Source: Candidatus Oleincola secundus
GTDB lineage: Bacteria; Atribacterota; Phoenicimicrobiia; Phoenicimicrobiales; Stramentimicrobiaceae
Direction: 5' to 3'
Assembly (NCBI GenBank): GCA_018400815.1
Contig: JAGYLS010000011.1
Span: 1 to 38,140 of the forward strand
Length of the DNA: 38,140 nucleotides
Shown here: positions 35,339 to 38,140 of the stretch, in pieces
Position numbering within the stretch: the stretch's first letter is position 1
How the letters are laid out: every line of letters starts with the position of its first letter
Notes under the pieces: generated by a model
What the model saw: only the letters and a program-made list of their open reading frames with translations
Database searches by the model: none
What the model was told of the DNA's origin: nothing
Translations under genes and position numbers: made by a program

Positions 35339-37936
35339 CTACTCTATCTTTTGAAATACTATTTCCTTTTTATTTTCATCAAATTCAACTTGGACATTAT
35401 CCTTTTCTTTAATCTTTCCTTCCAGCATTTGTAATGCCAGCGGATCCTGAACATATCGCTGGATGGTTCTTTTTAAAGGTCTGGCACCATATTGTGGATC
35501 AAACCCTCTCTCTGCAAGTACTTCTTTTGCTTCTGAAGTTACCTTTAACTTAATTTTCTTCTCTTCTAGGCGATTTTTAAGAATTTCCAGTTGAATATCA
35601 ACAATTTGGATAATCTGTTCTTTATTCAATCGATTAAAAGTAACAATTTCATCAACTCGGTTTAAGAATTCAGGCTTAAAATGATCCCTTAAAACCTGAT
35701 TGATTTGCCTGGTTATTTCTTCCTTGTTGGCTGAATTCATTTGATATATATATTCGCTACCAATATTAGATGTCATGATCAGAATAGCATTTTTAAAATT
35801 AACAACTCTACCCTGCCCATCAGTTAATCTTCCATCATCCATAATTTGCAGTAATATATTAAATACATCGTTATGTGCCTTTTCAATCTCATCAAATAGG
35901 ATTACCGAATAAGGCCGGCGTCTTACTACTTCTGTTAATTGTCCGCCTTCCTCATATCCAACATAACCAGGAGGTGCACCAATTAATCTTGCCACACTGT
36001 GTTTTTCCATATATTCAGACATATCAATTCTAATCAATGCATTCTCGTCATTAAAGAGAAATGCCGCCAGACTACGAGCTAGTTCAGTCTTGCCTACTCC
36101 CGTGGGACCCATAAATATAAAAGAACCTACCGGCCGATTAGGATCAGAAATTCCTACCCTGGAACGCCTTATGGCATTCGAAACAAGACTTACCGCCTCA
36201 TCTTGGCCTATAACTCTTTTCTTTAATTCTTCTTCCATGTGAATTAATTTTTCAGTTTCCCCTTCCATTAAACGACCTACGGGGATATGGGTCCATTTAG
36301 AGACAATTAGAGCAATATCCTCTTCAGTAATTTCCTCCTTAAGCATTCGAGAACTTTTCTGCAAAGAGGCAATTTTTGTATTATTTTCTTCTAATTGTTT
36401 TTCTAATTCCGGTATTCTACCATATTTTATCTCTGCAGCAAGATTTAAATCACCGCTTCTTTCTGCCTGTTCAGTTTCGGTTCTGGCTTTTTCCAGATCA
36501 CTTTTAATTTGGTTAATTCTTTGAATAATTTCTTTTTCGTGATTCCACCTGGACATTAGACTATTTTTTTGTTCTTTAAGATTACCTAATGTCTGATCAA
36601 TATTTTTTATTTTATCCCTGGCAACACTATCATTATCTTTTTTCAAAGCCTGCTTCTCAATCTGAAGTTGCATAATTTTTCTTTCGATTTCATCGATTTC
36701 AATAGGCATACTATCTATTTCCATGCGTAGCCCTGAAGCTGCTTCGTCAACCAGATCAATTGCTTTATCAGGTAGAAAACGATCGGTAATATAACGATTG
36801 GATAGTGTTGCTGCTGCGATTAATGCAGAATCCATTATTTTTACACCATGATGTACTTCATAACGTTCTTTTAATCCTCTTAATATAGCAATAGTATCCT
36901 CAACAGCCGGTTCTTTCACCAGTACCATCTGAAATCTTCTCTCCAAAGCTGCATCTTTTTCAATATGCTTGCGATATTCTTTTAATGTTGTAGCTCCGAT
37001 ACAATGCAGCTCACCTCGTGCCAAGGCAGGCTTTAACATATTAGAAGCATCTACAGCACCCTCGGCAGCTCCGGCACCAACCAGTGTATGCATCTCATCA
37101 ATAAATAAAATAATAGATCCTTCTGCCTTTTCTACTTCCTTTAAAACAGCCTTTAGTCGATCTTCAAATTCTCCCCTAAACTTTGCCCCGGCTACTAAAG
37201 CACTAATATCCAGGGCAATTACTTTCTTATTTTTTAACCCTTCGGGCACATCTCTACTTATTATTCTACGTGCTAAGCCCTCAACGATTGCTGTTTTCCC
37301 TACTCCAGGCTCTCCAATTAATACAGGATTATTCTTTGTTCTCCTTGACAACACCTGCATCACTCGTCTTATTTCATCATCTCTTCCAATAACCGGATCC
37401 AATTTTCCCTGTCTGGCTAACTGAGTTAGGTCACGAGAATATTTTTCCAGAGCCTGGTATTTGTCTTCTGGATTCTGATCTGTTATTCTTTGATTTCCTC
37501 TGATATTCATCAATGATTGATAGATATTGTCCCGATTAATGCCTTTTTCTTTGAAATATTGAGAAAAAGAACTTCCCTCCAGCTCGATTAAGGCAAGGAA
37601 TAAATGTTCCGTACTAATATATTCATCTTTTAGTTTAGCGGCTTCCTGAGTCGCTTTATTAAAAACTACATTTAATTCATTCCCGACATATTGGTTTGCC
37701 CCACCGCCAGAGACACTGGGGAGTTGTTTTAATTTATTCTCTAGAAATGATTCTAAATCATTAACATCTATCTCTAGTTTGCTTAAAACTGATGGTATAA
37801 TACCTTCCTTTTGATGAATCAAAGCCAGGAGCAAATGTTCGCTCTTGATTTCCTGTTGACTGTACTGTAAAGCCAATTGCTGTGCCTGACCAATGGCTTC
37901 CTGGGCTTTAACGGTAAATTTATCAAATTGCATCAT
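35339..37936 (-). CDS. clpB: Chaperone protein ClpB
   Basis: Clp N-domain, [13 protein letters not shown], Walker A motifs GEPGVGKT and GPTGVGKT, long M-domain coiled coil, [19 protein letters not shown] and YGARPLKR; 865 aa. Confidence 0.97.
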   Translation of the reverse strand: MMQFDKFTVKAQEAIGQAQQLALQYSQQEIKSEHLLLALIHQKEGIIPSVLSKLEIDVNDLESFLENKLKQLPSVSGGGANQYVGNELNVVFNKATQEAAKLKDEYISTEHLFLALIELEGSSFSQYFKEKGINRDNIYQSLMNIRGNQRITDQNPEDKYQALEKYSRDLTQLARQGKLDPVIGRDDEIRRVMQVLSRRTKNNPVLIGEPGVGKTAIVEGLARRIISRDVPEGLKNKKVIALDISALVAGAKFRGEFEDRLKAVLKEVEKAEGSIILFIDEMHTLVGAGAAEGAVDASNMLKPALARGELHCIGATTLKEYRKHIEKDAALERRFQMVLVKEPAVEDTIAILRGLKERYEVHHGVKIMDSALIAAATLSNRYITDRFLPDKAIDLVDEAASGLRMEIDSMPIEIDEIERKIMQLQIEKQALKKDNDSVARDKIKNIDQTLGNLKEQKNSLMSRWNHEKEIIQRINQIKSDLEKARTETEQAERSGDLNLAAEIKYGRIPELEKQLEENNTKIASLQKSSRMLKEEITEEDIALIVSKWTHIPVGRLMEGETEKLIHMEEELKKRVIGQDEAVSLVSNAIRRSRVGISDPNRPVGSFIFMGPTGVGKTELARSLAAFLFNDENALIRIDMSEYMEKHSVARLIGAPPGYVGYEEGGQLTEVVRRRPYSVILFDEIEKAHNDVFNILLQIMDDGRLTDGQGRVVNFKNAILIMTSNIGSEYIYQMNSANKEEITRQINQVLRDHFKPEFLNRVDEIVTFNRLNKEQIIQIVDIQLEILKNRLEEKKIKLKVTSEAKEVLAERGFDPQYGARPLKRTIQRYVQDPLALQMLEGKIKEKDNVQVEFDENKKEIVFQKIE

Positions 37937-38140
37937 CTTTTATCTCCTTTCTATAGCAATATTACCATATTATTATTATACTGCTAGTGTCAATTATCCA
38001 AATATCGTAATAATATAATATAAAAATTTGTTGATTTTTATCCTTAAAATTATACAAAAGAAGATAAAATCACTCAGATAAGAATATTTCCTGGTGATTT
38101 TTAGTTAACAAATCTGTTGTTAAGTTTGCGTTACAGTGGA

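Noticed and set aside
36969..37424. 151-aa plus-strand ORF
   Set aside because: It is an antisense shadow of the ClpB first AAA domain.
37950..37995. CIRCE (HrcA) or CtsR site upstream of clpB
   Set aside because: The minus strand has TAGCAGTA-N17-TATTGCTA, which only loosely resembles CIRCE arms and lacks the 9-nt spacer. No CtsR heptad repeat was seen.

Overview
AT-rich bacterial chromosomal window from a probably diderm anaerobe. It encodes an outer-membrane barrel and a LolA-like protein but has a Gram-positive-type LexA box; Atribacterota is a low-confidence guess. In order, it contains: a TetR-MMPL-LolA-like-beta-barrel operon; flavin reductase, TraB-family protein, MarR and pgi; a lexA-DUF72-dnaE(split)-dinB cassette; a convergent parA-ftsZ-(transposase-derived ORF)-deoC-xth-sbcD-sbcC run; an indel-riddled acyl-CoA ligase; a long TM/coiled-coil/LysM protein; LonC-type protease, TPR and LiaF-like genes; and clpB. 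The best candidate for an undescribed system is the SOS-type mutagenesis cassette at 10669-16639. It has two matching LexA-type boxes, DUF72 where ImuA normally sits, and a catalytically intact DinB instead of ImuB. Its DnaE carries Asn at both PHP aspartates whose D-to-N mutation kills proofreading in M. tuberculosis DnaE1, and its OB domain is a separate ORF. Also notable are a ~240-256 bp non-coding hairpin-bounded repeat (two full copies and one partial, IS200/IS605-like) and an FtsZ with a ParB-like N-terminal peptide overlapping an upstream parA. Caveat: 24069-26600 and ~34650 contain frameshifts that look like sequencing errors, so gene splits need read-level checking.
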